DNA from: Azolla caroliniana
Lineage: Eukaryota > Plantae > Polypodiophyta
Direction: 5' to 3'
DNA length: 64,000 nucleotides
NCBI GenBank assembly: GCA_043228905.1
Contig: JBHGNT010000017.1
Coordinates: 9,796,001 to 9,860,000 of the forward strand
Position numbers and translations under genes: made by a program. Position 1 is the stretch's first letter, and every line of letters begins with the position of its first letter. Positions 1 to 12,217 of this stretch are shown piece after piece. The notes beneath the pieces were generated by a model that saw only the letters and a list, made by a program, of their open reading frames with translations, did not search any database and had not been told where the DNA came from.

Positions 1-53
1 TACGCGCAGAACACGACATCGACTACGATGAGACATTTGCACCGGTCGCGAAA

Positions 54-1667
54 ATGACGACCGTCCGTGTTTTGCTCGCAGTAGCCGCGACCAAGGGGTG
101 GCACCTACATGAAATGGATGTAAAGAATGCGTTCCTGCAAGGTGACCTTGAGGAACAGGTGTACATGGTACAACGCCCCGGATTTCACTCCGGAACGAAC
201 TCCTCGGCAATATGCCGACTGAAGAAGTCCCTTTACGGACTGAAGCAAGCCCCGCGTGCCTGGAACGCGAAGATCACGCAACAACTGCGTCGGATGGGCT
301 TCGTCATGTCAAAATCGGACTCTTCCCTGCTCATCCGGAAAGGTCGACTCGGACCGGTTAGTATTTTACTATATGTTGATGACTTGGTCATCACCGGCGT
401 CGACCTAGGTGAAATCGACTGCGTGAAGCTCCAGCTTGCGGCATCGTTCGACATGAAGGATCTGGAGGACCTTCATTACTTCCTCGGGATCGAAGTGATC
501 CGTACCTTCGAAGGCATATTGATCAGCCAACGTCATTACGTGTTGGGTATGCTCTTCAAACTAGGGATGGCCGACTGTAAGTCCATCTCGACTCCTCTGG
601 ACAGAACCGTCAAGCTTCGTCCCGATACGGGAAAGGTATGCGACCCGACAAGGTTTCGACAAATTGTCGGAAGCCTCATATACTTGACCATCACCCGACC
701 CGACCTCAGTTATCCAGTCGGGGTAATCAGTCAGTTCATGGCGCGACCTACCGAGGAGCACCTTCAGTGTGCGCAACGCGTACTGCGGTACGTAAGCGGC
801 ACTAAGGACCGCGGACTGCTATATCAGACCGGTGTAGCCGAGCAGTTAGTCGGCTACACCGATGCTGATTGGGTTGGCAATGCCGCCGATCGCCGATCCA
901 CGTCTGGATACACGTTCTCCCTTAGGAGTGCCGCGATCGCGTGGAGTAGTAAGAAGCATCCGACAGTTGCACTGTCGAGCACCGAAGCTGAGTACCGAGG
1001 AGCGGCTGCCGCGACATGCGAAGCCATATGGTTGAAGCGACTACTTAAGGACCTGCAAGAGGAGGTGTCAGATCCGACGACGATCTACTGCGACAACCTC
1101 AGCAGCATCCAGCTCGCGGAGAACCCCGTTTTCCACACACGGACCAAGCACATTAAGGTGCACTACCATTTCGTTCGTGGGCGTGTCCTTTCCGGTGAAG
1201 TCGAACTTCAGTACGTTCCGACGGATCGGCAGACTGCCGACATCTTCACCAAGCCTCTTGGTCTGGACAAGTTGCGGCAATTCTTAGGTGCGCTCAGATT
1301 GCGTCACCTCGACGTGCCGAACTTGAGGGGGAGAACAGTCCCGAACGACCAAGCAAGGCAGCAGGAAAGGAGCGGAGACTGCGACACCGAGTCGGTTGTC
1401 GAGTTCGACTTCGGATCGGCTGAAGAAGCCGAGGATGGACCCGCGGAGAAGTTCGGAAGCGGACAAAAGGGGAGCAGCCGAAGGAGAGAGCCGAAGCCAA
1501 CCACGCATGGGGAAGATGATGCCACCAAGGGCGAGAAGACCGAAGACGAGTTGGAGACAACCAACTCGGATGAGAGCGAAAACCGATCGGAGGTAGCCGA
1601 GTCGGTTCGGATGTTTGCTTCAGATATGCTGAATCAACCAAGGCCTAAGCGGAAGAAAAGGCAGTAG
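54..1667 (+). pseudogene. pol: Copia pol (RT-RNase H) of element A with charged C-terminal extension; premature TAG at 1665, frame otherwise continues to TGA at 1857-1859
   Basis: ORF track 54..1667; copy G has CAG at the position of this TAG. Confidence 0.9.
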
Positions 1668-1853
1668 GAGAAGTGTCAACACCGCAACAGCAAAAGATCT
1701 GATAAGGGCCACATGAGCAGACAAGCCGACCGGAAGGGTCGAAGCGCACGGAGTCGAACAGGTCGAGGAGCGCGAGCGAGGCGTAAAGCCAGGAGGAACC
1801 GGAGATGTGAGCCCGAAGATCCCGAAGAGCCTCAAGTTGAGCTTGAGGGGGAG

Positions 1854-2272
1854 TGTTGAGAGACAAGCTCAACATCGGCCGGATCGGCTGAAGAAGCCGA
1901 GGACCAGATCGGTTGGGACCGATCGGTTAGGCCGAGTGTGTAAACCGGGAGGTCGTTAGGAAAGATATTCCGTGAGGAATATATTTGGGAGTTAGTGTAG
2001 GAGCTCTTAATGAGCATTGAAGTACTATCAGTACTTCGGTCAGTCCTTCTAGGACTTGTATAAAAGTGTTCATTGAACACACAGATGTATAAAGTGTGGT
2101 GAATAGAGATTGGGTTGTTGTTGAATATAGTTCGTACGTTTTCTCTCTCTCTCTCTCTCTCACTCTCTCTCTCTCTCCCGCGTATACTGTGTAAGCTCTA
2201 GCTCTCCATTAAACCCGAGTTTCCTTCCTTCTGTTCGGTCTTAATACTTGCTTCCGCACGCTACTTTCTACA
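1854..2272 (+). repeat. 3' LTR of element A
   Basis: TGTTGAG...TTCTACA, preceded by PPT; closely similar to LTR 22715-23100. Confidence 0.95.
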
Positions 2273-5200
2273 TGAAGGTCCCCTAGGTCCTTCATCTCAA
2301 ATGCGTCCGACAACTGGGACTTGATGCGGTTGACTTCTGGAAGACCTGGTCCGGTGATGACTAAATAATCAACATACAGCAGGATACATACTGGACCGGT
2401 TGAGCCTTGCTGGATGAACAACAAAGAGTCGGACTTGCAGGCCGCGAACCCCATCTTATGCAACCGGTGCGTGATCTTCGCATTCCAAGCTCGAGGGGCT
2501 TGCTTCAGGCCGTAGAACGACTTCTTCAGCCGGCATACCGCCGACTTGTTCATCTCCGATTGAAAACCGAGGGGCTGAGTCATAAAGACTTCTTCTTCAA
2601 GATCACCTTGAAGAAATGCATTCTTCACATCCATCTGATGAAGATGCCACCCCCTTGCCGCAGCAACCGCCAACACCGCTCGAACCGTCGTCATCTTCAC
2701 TACAGGAGCGAAGCTCTCGTCGTAGTCGATTCCGTTGGTCTACGCATATCCCTTCGCCACTAACCGAGCCTTGTACCGGTTAACTAAACCGTCATTGTTG
2801 TACTTTACTTTGTACACCCACTTGCATCCGATCGGTTTATAGAGATGAGGAGGGTCAACCAGGTCCCATGTCTCGTTGGCAGCGAGTGCCCGCATTTCTT
2901 CGTCCATAGCAGCACGCCAATTTGCGTCCTTTGCCGCTTCTGCGTAGCTCCCTAGCTCACGCACTTCTGCCACCTTAGTCATGTACGCGTAGTGATGCGC
3001 CATGTACTCATTGTACCCGTACCGTTTGATGGGATCCTTCTGGCGGGTAGACCGGCGTAACTCACCGTTACCCGATTTGAGGCCCTTCTTGGCCGGATTG
3101 GTCTTCGTTACTGAAGATCCGCCATTCTGCTTGCCGGAGTCGGACGCACACCGATCCGACTCATCGTTGCTGGTTTCGAATTCTGGCATCTTCTTCTTCC
3201 CTTTCTCTTTGCGCGTGAACCGTCTCCCTCGGTTCCTTGCGCGGGGAGTGCACGGTAGAGTCTCCGCTACTCGCCGGTTCCTCATCGGACTGGTCAGATT
3301 GACATAGTCTCTCGTTCGGCCCACTCAACCAAAATGATTCCAAACTCTCATCCTGAGTCCACGCTTCATCATCATCTACCTGGGCCGGTTCAGGCGCACT
3401 AGCCTCATCCTCTGGCATTGGATCGGATTCGGAAGTCGGAGCCGGTAAGGAGTACCACAATGCTGATTCATCGAACTCGACATCTCAACTAACTCGGACC
3501 TGCTTTGTCCGGGGGTTATAACACTTATAACCCTTTTGCTCTTGAGCATAGCCAACTAGGATGCATTTTTCTGATTTTGCATCCAGCTTCCTCCGCTTCT
3601 CATCCGGTATATGCACATATGCAATGCTACTGAAGATCTTAAGGTGTCTCAAATTCGGCTTTCACCCGAAATACAGCTCGTGAGCTGACACCTTGTCATC
3701 GATCTAGTTCTGGATGTAGACAACTGTTTGGACTGCCTCCGCCCAGTAGAATTTGGGCATGCTCTTCTCCTCCAACATTGCCCTTGCCGCATCAATAAGC
3801 GACCGATTCTTCCCCTCTGCAACACCGTTCTATTGCGGTGTGTATCTGCAGCTGAACTCTCGCCGAATTCCCGTTTGATGCAGATAACTGTTGAATTGGC
3901 CGGAAAAGTATTCTTTCCCGCCATCCGACCGCATGCATTTGATCTTCCTCTCCGATTCCTGTTCCACCATGCTTTGGAGACTCCGGAAACACTCAAAGAC
4001 TTCACTCTTCCGCTCAATGAGGTAGATCCATGTGTGTCGCGTATAGTCGTCGATGAAGGAGACGAAATATCGACTCCCGCCAAGACTAACATTCTGTGCC
4101 AGTCCCCACACATCCAAATGGATTAGGTCGAGCTTGTTACGGCTCCAGTTACATTTGGTAGGGGATGGAAGCCGGTGTTGCTTCCCGAGTTGCCAGGCTT
4201 CACATATTTGGGCCTTCCGACCGCTGAACTTCGGCAAACCGAAAACAACTTGTTTCGCTTGCAGGTCTTGAAGCCTCCGGTAATTGACGTGGCCTATCCG
4301 CTTGTGCCACAGGTCGATGTTCGATTCAACCTTCTGTCCTTTTCCAAACAGAGTGGTGCCAACGTCATTGGTGTCGAGGATAAACATCCTCCCGTCTCTG
4401 TGCCCTTGCGCAATAATCTGGCCCTCTTCCTCGATGAAGCACCCAAGGTGCGTAAACCGCACCTGCATCCCCTGGTTGACGATCTGTCCGACCGACACCA
4501 AGTTCTTCATGATTGTCAGAACGTGTAATATGTTCATCAGTTTCCCCTTCTGTCTGACGTGGCTCAAAGGGACTTCTCCGACGTGCACGATTGGGTGAGG
4601 AGTGTCGTTTCCGGTTTCGACTACTCCGGGTTGATCCGATTTCTCCAAAAAGGAGAACCACTCTTTGTGGCTCGTCATGTGGTTCGACGCACCAGAATCA
4701 ACATACCACACTTCCTCCGATTTGGAAGTGGTCTTCTTCATCGAGTTCGCCGCGTGCTTCATCACCAAGTCTGGCCCGTTATCGTTCTTGGATCCTCCCG
4801 ATCCCTTCACATAGTGCGAGCTTTGCTGACCATCCTTGCTGGCCTTGCCGGATCCGGATTTGTCCGAATCGGCGCGCTTTCTCCAACACTCGCTTTCTCT
4901 GTGGCCCTTCTTGCCATAGTACCAGCATTCTGTTGCAGATTTGTCTTGCCGGCCTCCGGCATTGCCATGACCCCCCCTGCCCATGGAAGTCCCAGAACTG
5001 TTGTCGGCATGTTCTCTGTACCTTCATTCTTGCTCTTGCCGACCGCCTCCATTGTGTGCCGATCCGCTTTCGTGTATAGCATCCGGCCGTTAGTGGGTGC
5101 GCTAGTTGACGCATCGGCGTGGCTCTCCTCTACAAGGAGCATCGACTGTAAGTCGAAAAATGACGACGTATTCTCCCTTGTACATACCGCCGTTTGGAAC

Positions 5201-5685
5201 GCTCTGAACTTAGACGTTAGGCCCCCAAGACAGACCTGTACCATCTCGTCTTCCTCTACGGTAACGTTGATAGAGGCAAGCGAGTCACAGATCTCTTTGA
5301 TCCAGGTTGTGTAATCTGCCACCGACATGTCCTTCTGTCGGACATTGCTCAACTCCTGTCGAAGTTGCAGCTTCCAGGCTGTAGTGCTCGCGGCGAAAAC
5401 CTTCTTCAGGTTCCCCCAAGCCTCCTTCGGCATCTTGGCATCTCGGATGTGGCTCAGTAGCTGGTCTCCGACACTTGACGCGAAGCAGTACATCACTCTA
5501 CTTGTCGATTGTTCCCACATTGGGAAGTCCTTATGTGCCGCATCAGGTGCTGTTTCGTTGGCTCCTTTGACGAAACTCCAGTACCCATGCCCAAGCAGGT
5601 ACTGGTGCATCTTATACGACCAAGATGCATAGTTGGATCTGTCGAGTTTCTCCACAAGGAGCGAGCTAGCCATCCCTCTATCCAT
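2273..5685 (-). pseudogene. gag-pol: Disrupted gag-pol of element B
   Basis: ORF fragments 4807..5688, 3830..4984, 2740..3324, 2209..2700 separated by stops and frameshifts. Confidence 0.9.
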
Positions 5686-5775
5686 CACTTCTCTGTCTAC
5701 TGTTCTTACGACCTATTAGGGTTTTCTTTCAAGCGTTTGTCGGCTGAAGAGGTTCTCAAACTTGCTCTGATACCA

Positions 5776-6185
5776 TGAAAATGATTACTTGCGGAAGCGT
5801 TAGAAAACAGAGAAAGTAGAGAATACATAGAGTACATGGGAGAGACAGAGAGAGCAGAACGTGAAAGCTATATTCAAAACAATATATTCACTCTCTCACA
5901 TACAATTGTGCTCAGTAGCACTATTTATACAAGTCGTCATGGGACTGACAGAAGTACCGTGTACTTCAATGCTCACATGAGCTTCTGACACTTACTACGA
6001 GACTATAATTGCCTAGTAGTCTAAACTAATACTAGGCTTCCGGTTACCGATTGGATCCGGCTAACCGGCTCCCCAGCTCACCGGCTCTGTTGCTTGCCGG
6101 CTCGGTTGCTCACGGCTTACCGATCCGTCTCGCTTGCCGGCTAAGGCTTATTCAGCCGATCCGTCTCCAGTCTTGCCGCTCAACA
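5776..6185 (-). repeat. 5' LTR of element B
   Basis: Minus strand TGTTGAG...TTTTCA directly followed by PBS; shares blocks with F LTRs. Confidence 0.9.
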
Positions 6186-6235
6186 ATTAATTTCCTATAA
6201 TAAAACTTAAATGAAAATAATATCCTATGTATTAC

Positions 6236-6306
6236 AATAGATGGTATAATGGTCAAGAGCTCGATTCATATGACATAAGGTCATGGGTTCGAGTCTTGCC
6301 ATATCA
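6236..6306 (+). other. Degenerate tRNA-like (Pol III A/B box) sequence; possible SINE head or tRNA pseudogene
   Basis: TGGTATAATGG (A-box-like) and GGTTCGAGTC (B-box) at tRNA-like spacing; stems pair poorly. Confidence 0.35.
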
Positions 6307-6734
6307 TGACACTCGCTCCGACTGTCGATAGCAATGGGCCTGGTTTCAGCTCAATCCGAACCAAAACGAAAAATCATGGCTTAATGGTTTATAGGGTTGA
6401 AGATATATAAATGGTTTGGTTTGGTTTCAAATGTTACTAATCGGTTTCGGTTCGGTTCTAAATTTACCGGTTTCGAGTGAAAGCATTCGAGTGGAAACAA
6501 TTAGCTATGTCGTTGACATAGCTTAGAATTAGCTATGCAAAAAGCTACCAATGATAAATAGTCATTTTTGCACCATGAATGAAAACATTAGAATGTTTTA
6601 ATTATATAAATGTGCACCATAAATTATATATCGAATTCCTAGGTCCATTATGCATGATCCATTGCCACATCACGTTGGCCATCACTTTGTGACTATTCAG
6701 GCTTAGATTATTGCCATTGTTCCTAAACCCTATT

Positions 6735-7220
6735 GAGTCCACCCCTCCGTTGCCGCCATTCTACACTCAGTTTCCGTCATTGTGCGGTCCAAGCATCATT
6801 TGCCACTGTTCGATTTGATAGAGTTCACTCCTCTATTGCCGCTATTCTACAGTCAGTTCTCGGCACTGTTCGGTCCAAGCATCATGTGCTATTGTTCGAG
6901 CTATTGAGTTCATCCTCCATTGCTGCCATTCTACACTTAGTTGCCACTATTGTTCGGTCATGGATTGCTGCCACAGTTCGATCCGACGGAATTCACTCCT
7001 CCACTGCCACCATTCTACACTCAGTTGCCGCCACTGTTCGGTCTTGGATTACTACCACTATTCGATCTGACGGAGTTCACTCCTCCATTGTCGCCATTCT
7101 ACACTCAATTTCCGCCACTCTTCGGTCCTGGATTGCCGCCACTGTTCGATACGATGGAGTTCATTCCTCCATTTCCTCCATTCTACACTCTGTTGCCATC
7201 ATAGTTCGGTCCTGGATTGC
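6735..7220 (+). repeat. Degenerate tandem repeat, ~6 units of ~84 bp; Pro-rich in one frame (EFTPPLPPFYTQLPPLFGPGLPPLFDLT)
   Basis: Unit starts at about 6735, 6821, 6906, 6989, 7073 and 7157. Confidence 0.9.
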
Positions 7221-7514
7221 ATAATTGTTTCGTCTGTTGTTTATCTTGTGTATTGCTGTGTATAATCTTGTGTATTGTGGAATAATTTTGAGTATTGTTG
7301 TTGCCCATAGTCATCTTAGCTCGTTCTTGATGGTGGTTGAGTAGCTATCACTCCGCTGCAACAAACATAAACTTACCAACGGTGGGATCATTCCTATGAA
7401 TAACCGGTTTGCATATGGTTTAGTAACTAGCTACATGTCTTTTTTTGTGGAAATTTACTAATGAATATGTCAAGCCAAATGGAAGGGAAAGGAGGGTGTT
7501 TACTAATACCCATC

Positions 7515-7923
7515 ATGGATCATTAGGATAGGGATGATGCTATTAGAACACAACAAGCGATACGAAAGTATTGGGCAGAAAAAAAGAGGAAACATCGTCA
7601 ATTTTTTAAGGATACGAAAGCCACATTCGCTGAAGGTAAGGATAACATTGGTTGCGATATAGGTCTGAATACCACTAAGAATGGTTGTAATGAGACTACT
7701 ATCATTGAGAGAAAGGTTGTAGACTATTTCAATGTTCATACCAAGCACATCAGCAATGAAGATAGGAAGGTAGTACTTTATAGTGATGTTGATGATCTTA
7801 ACATCAATGTGCTATCTAAGATAATTGGTGTTAGTAGAAAAACTATGTACAATACAATGAATCAAATAATTTTAAATGGTGAAGGAACTAGTTTGCTAAA
7901 GCTAACAACAAGATATAAGCCAA
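7515..7923 (+). pseudogene. 5' part of a decayed transposase-like ORF, cut by insertion of element C
   Basis: Hand translation: MDH*DRDDAIRTQQAIRKYWAEKKRKHR...INVLSKIIGVSRKTMY...TTRYKP; about 132 stop-free codons after the early TAG, with an HTH-like motif; joins in frame to 54604. Confidence 0.55.
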
Positions 7924-8483
7924 TGTTAGGAAACGGGTTCCTCCGGATCGGAAGAGAAGAGCAGAGTTGATGAGAAACTCGGCCGAGGCCGAAACCGAAA
8001 TCGTGTAGACAGCCAACTCGGAAGACTATACTTATAAATAGTCTAAATATGCCCTTATGGGCTAGACTTGTAAATAATCCAAAAGGTGTACAAGTATAAG
8101 TACTTAGGGCCATCATGATGATTATTATGAGTCATTGTTAAAAGCTACTTAGAAGGTCGTTGCCTCTGTAACTGCGTAACAATAAGTGAGTGAGACTAAG
8201 AGAGTGTGTAACTATGTAGCTGTCTATTGATGAAGTAGAATCTCGAGGTCGTTGCCTCAGAGCTTCTAGTTGTACTCCTCCTTTTTAGCATAGTGATTCT
8301 ATTTCTCGGGGTTTGTGAACCCCCGTGGTTTTTCCCATTTCGTGTTTCCACATTAAGATCGTGTGTCTCTGTCTCTTGTGCTATTTCTGTTTTCATACTC
8401 TGTCTGAGTGCATTCTAATTTACGTTCCCTGCACCCGAACATCCAAACGATAAGCTGATTGTGGCCGGTCACGATTCTCGACA
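7924..8483 (+). repeat. 5' LTR of element C
   Basis: TGTTAGG...CTCGACA; matches 54073-54598. Confidence 0.95.
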
Positions 8484-8512
8484 AAGTGGTATCAGAGCGA
8501 ACAACACAGGAA

Positions 8513-11232
8513 ATGGAAGAATCATTCGGCGGCATGTTCAAGCTCACCAACTAGAACTACTCAGTGTGGAAGTCGAAGATGAGGGATATGCTGGTGGTTA
8601 AAGATCAATGCCAGAGTGTGGAAGGTGATGCACATGAAGACGAAAACATACATACGGTGCTTCATCGACATGAGCATGTACAACAATTTCAATGAAGAAA
8701 GTAAGGCTCATGAACTCTGGGAGAAGATCAACATCATATTCCAGAACAAGAATGTTGTTAATCGGGTTTCGGTATTCCGGAGCTAGTGAGGCTCCGGTAC
8801 CAAGACGGCTCTAGTATGGCGGAGCACATGAATGCCTTCCAGGGATTGATAAACCAGGCAACCTCGTTGGAAGTACCTCTCGCCGATGAGGTACTCACAT
8901 TACTCCTACTCGGTTCCCTATAGGATAGTTGGGAGATGCTAGTTGTCACGTTGGGCAATGCCAGGCCGGAAGGAAAACAATTATCCTTAGCAAGAGTCAA
9001 ATCAAGCTTGCTAGATGAAGAAGCTCGTCGAAAGAACTGGGAGTCCAGAACCAATCCGAAGGCCTTGGTTATGGAAGATGACCACAACCGGGGAAGAGGC
9101 TGGTACTGGAGTCCCCAAAATAGGGACAAATCGAGGAAGGCCCACGTGCTTCTATTGCGGGAAGCCAGGGCACTTTCAAAAGAATTGCCGACATTTCTGA
9201 AAGGAAAAAGCGGGAGCTGATGGTGTGCAACTGGAAAAAATTTCAGAAAGCAGGAACGCCTCGGCCATCGCGACAAGTGAGGAGGAGTTGTTGCTCATTA
9301 GTGAGTAGAACGAAGTGAACCTTGTCGGCGATGAATCGACATGGGTGGTTGATTTGGGTGCGTCATTTCACCTAACCCCTGACCGGAAATCCTTCTCATC
9401 ATACAAGGCCGATGATCTCGGATCCGTAAAGATGGGAAATGAAGAAGCATGCCGAATTGTCAGCATTGGAGACATGTGTTTGGTGACCTCAACTGGCTGT
9501 AGACTCACGCTGAGAGATGTTCGACACGTTCCGGAGGTTCGATTGAACCTGATATCAGCCGATCGGTTGGATGATGAAGGCTACACGGGTAGCATCCGGA
9601 ATGGTGTCATGACGTTCTGCAAGGGTAGCCTAATCGTGGCTTGAGCATGGAAAACCAACACACTGTACGTAATGAATGCTCGATTATGCCGTGGGGAAGT
9701 GAATGTGGCAGCCGAAACAATCGGTGAACTGTGGCACATGAGGTTGTGCCGCATGAGCCAAAAGGGGATGCAGAAGCTTGCCGAGGACAACCTCATTCCG
9801 GAGGTGAAGAACGTGCAACTTGAGAAATGCACGGATTGCTTGGCTGGTAAGCAAAATCGAACATCCTTCCAAACAAGGCCCCCAATGAGGAAGACGATAT
9901 CGCTGGAACTCGTGCATACGGATGTATGCTACGTAGACACGAAGTCGCATAGTGGTTCACAATATTTCATGACCTTTATAGATGACTATAGTAGGAAGTG
10001 GGCTTCCGTGCTATAGACGAAGGATCAAGTGTTATCTGTCTTCAAAGAGTTCTGAGCGAGGGCCGAGAGAGAAACCGGCCGTAAGTTGAAGGCAGTCCGA
10101 GCGGACAACGATAGAGAGTACCGCGAACCGTTCGAAGAATATTGCCGAAAAGAAGGAATTCGGCTTGAGTATACCGTGCCAAAAATGCCCGAGCTGAATG
10201 GGTTGGCCAAGAGAATGAATCGGACCATAAGGGAGAGATTCCGAAGCATGCTTGCAGATGCGAAATTATCGAAAACGTTCTGGGTTGAGGCGCTAATGAC
10301 TGCAACATATGTGATAAACCGATGACCCTTAGTACCCTTGGATGGTGATATTCCACAACGGGTGTGGAGCGGCAAAGATGTGTCGTACTAACATTTGAGG
10401 GTGTTCGGTTGTCTTGCTTTTGTGCATGTGGCAAGGGACTAGAGGGGGAAATTAGACCCGAAATCTCAGCCGTGCATATTTCTCGGTTACAGCGATGATG
10501 AGTTCGGCTAGCTATCAGCAATGGGACTTAACGGAGAAGAAGGTGATTAGGAGCCGAGATATTGTCTTCATGGAACAGAAGACAATGATTGATTGGGAGA
10601 ATGAGAAAAAGTCTCCAACCACCGAATCGAGCCGAGTCGATGCTCGGCTGGATTGTGTAGATGACAGTTCGATCGAAATCGAACCCGTACCAGTCAATCA
10701 ATCTAATACTTGGCAAAATTGAGAAACAACTGATGATCAAGGGGAGTCGGCTAAATGAGGAACCGAAATCGAATCGGACGAAGAGGTTGAAGCCGAACTA
10801 ACCATAACGAACGCAGGCCGAAGATACCCCCTTAGAGAGCGAATAGCCCCCTGAAGATTTCCGCATGAAGAACGCATACTGCTAACCGATTAGGGGGAGC
10901 CAGAAAGCTACAAAGGAGCTAAGAAAGATATCCACAGCTGAGAGTGGTTACGTGCCATACAAGAGGAGCTGGATTCCTTGCATGAGAACCACACATACGG
11001 ATTGAGCGAGTTGCCGAAGGGGAAGAATGCACTCCGAAATAAGTGGGTATACAAGTTGAAACTAGGAGATGGCCGAAATCCACCCAGATACAAAGCACAA
11101 ATTGTTGTAAAAGGGTTTCAATAGAAGAAGGGCATGGATTTTGACGAAATATTTGCCCCAGTTTTGAAAATGACATCCATCCGAACCGTGCCGAGCATTG
11201 CGGCCAGCATGGATCTCGAAGTTGAACAATTG
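8513..11232 (+). pseudogene. gag-pol: gag-protease-integrase-RT(N) of element C, heavily disrupted
   Basis: WVVDLGASFH protease, HTDVC/FIDDYSRK integrase, MDLEVEQL at the break point; many stops. Confidence 0.9.
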
Positions 11233-11959
11233 TGATGAAGAGAGAGAGAAAAATGATAGAGAAGAGAAGAGGAAGAGAAAAGAATACTTGAATATATTAT
11301 TAAGAAAATAATACAATCTTCTTATACTCCAAGAGTAACAACCCCAAATAACGACTTCTATATACTATTCTTAAAATAGTCTTTCCGTCTTCTCCCTTTC
11401 TTCTACTAATCGTATTCTCACTTCTTCTTCTTCCTCACTTCTTCTTGTAGATCTTCTATTCCTCCTTGTAGATATTCTACTCTTCCTCCTTCCTTAGATA
11501 TTCTACTCTTCCCTCTCCCCAATTGCTAAGAATACCCTCATACTTATAGGTTTTTAGTTGCATTATTCTTGCTATTATTTATTTATTTATTTACATATCC
11601 TTGAGTTTGTGTGGTGCATTTTTCATATCATAATTTCTGGGTTTCATCCAAATTTATCATACAAGAAAGCTCTCTTTGTCAGCTTTCTTACGAATATTTT
11701 CTTTTGAAATTTGGATAAGAGATGAAGAAGTTACGAGCTTTTTTCTCTACCTTGCTTTTTTTGCTTAATTTCCTACATTTTTCTTCTTTTTCTTTTTTCC
11801 TACTTTTTCTACTTTTGAAAAACGCCTCTAACTTTATATATCTTCAATTTCATTTATCTTTTAACTCTTGGACCTTTCATATTGTGCTGCATTCTTCTAT
11901 ACCTTAGCATCAAATGTATTTTTCACGGTCTTTTCCTATGAGCAAAAATCGACTTCACA
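11233..11959 (-). repeat. 3' LTR of element D
   Basis: TG..CA bounded; matches the split LTR at 14620-15004 and 52467-52822. Confidence 0.9.
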
Positions 11960-12217
11960 TTTAGCCCCCCTCCTTGCTAGATGAGCGAAATATTTATGGT
12001 GAGCTTTAAAAGATAATGAAAAAATTCCTTCGCCTTATGGTAGGCTATAGCCAAAGGAGTATAAATACTAAAAATATAACAAACTATTGTGTGAGAAAAA
12101 ACCCCCATTAAGCGGTAGGAAAAAATCTCACACTCCCAAACACCCACACACACACATTGACAATCACCATCACCATCTTTCTCCATGTCAACACAAAGAA
12201 AGATGTTACCACAATTA

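Larger units (their letters stand above)
1..2272 (+). mobile_element. Element A: Ty1/copia LTR retrotransposon, 3' part (5' end outside window), same family as G; inserted into the RT of element B
   Basis: RT ([12 protein letters not shown]) and RNase H (YTDADW, HTRTKHI) motifs; PPT GAGGGGGAG 1845-1853; LTR TG..CA 1854-2272; flanking sequence resumes inside B's MKDLGDLH codons. Confidence 0.95.
2273..6185 (-). mobile_element. Element B: Ty1/copia retrotransposon, 5' part (related to F), interrupted by A
   Basis: LTR 5776-6185; tRNA-iMet primer-binding site (PBS) TGGTATCAGAGC at 5764-5775 (minus); gag, zinc knuckle, protease (YVDSGAS), integrase and partial RT in copia order. Confidence 0.95.

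Noticed and set aside
6236-6306. Functional tRNA gene
   Set aside because: Acceptor, anticodon and T stems do not pair convincingly.
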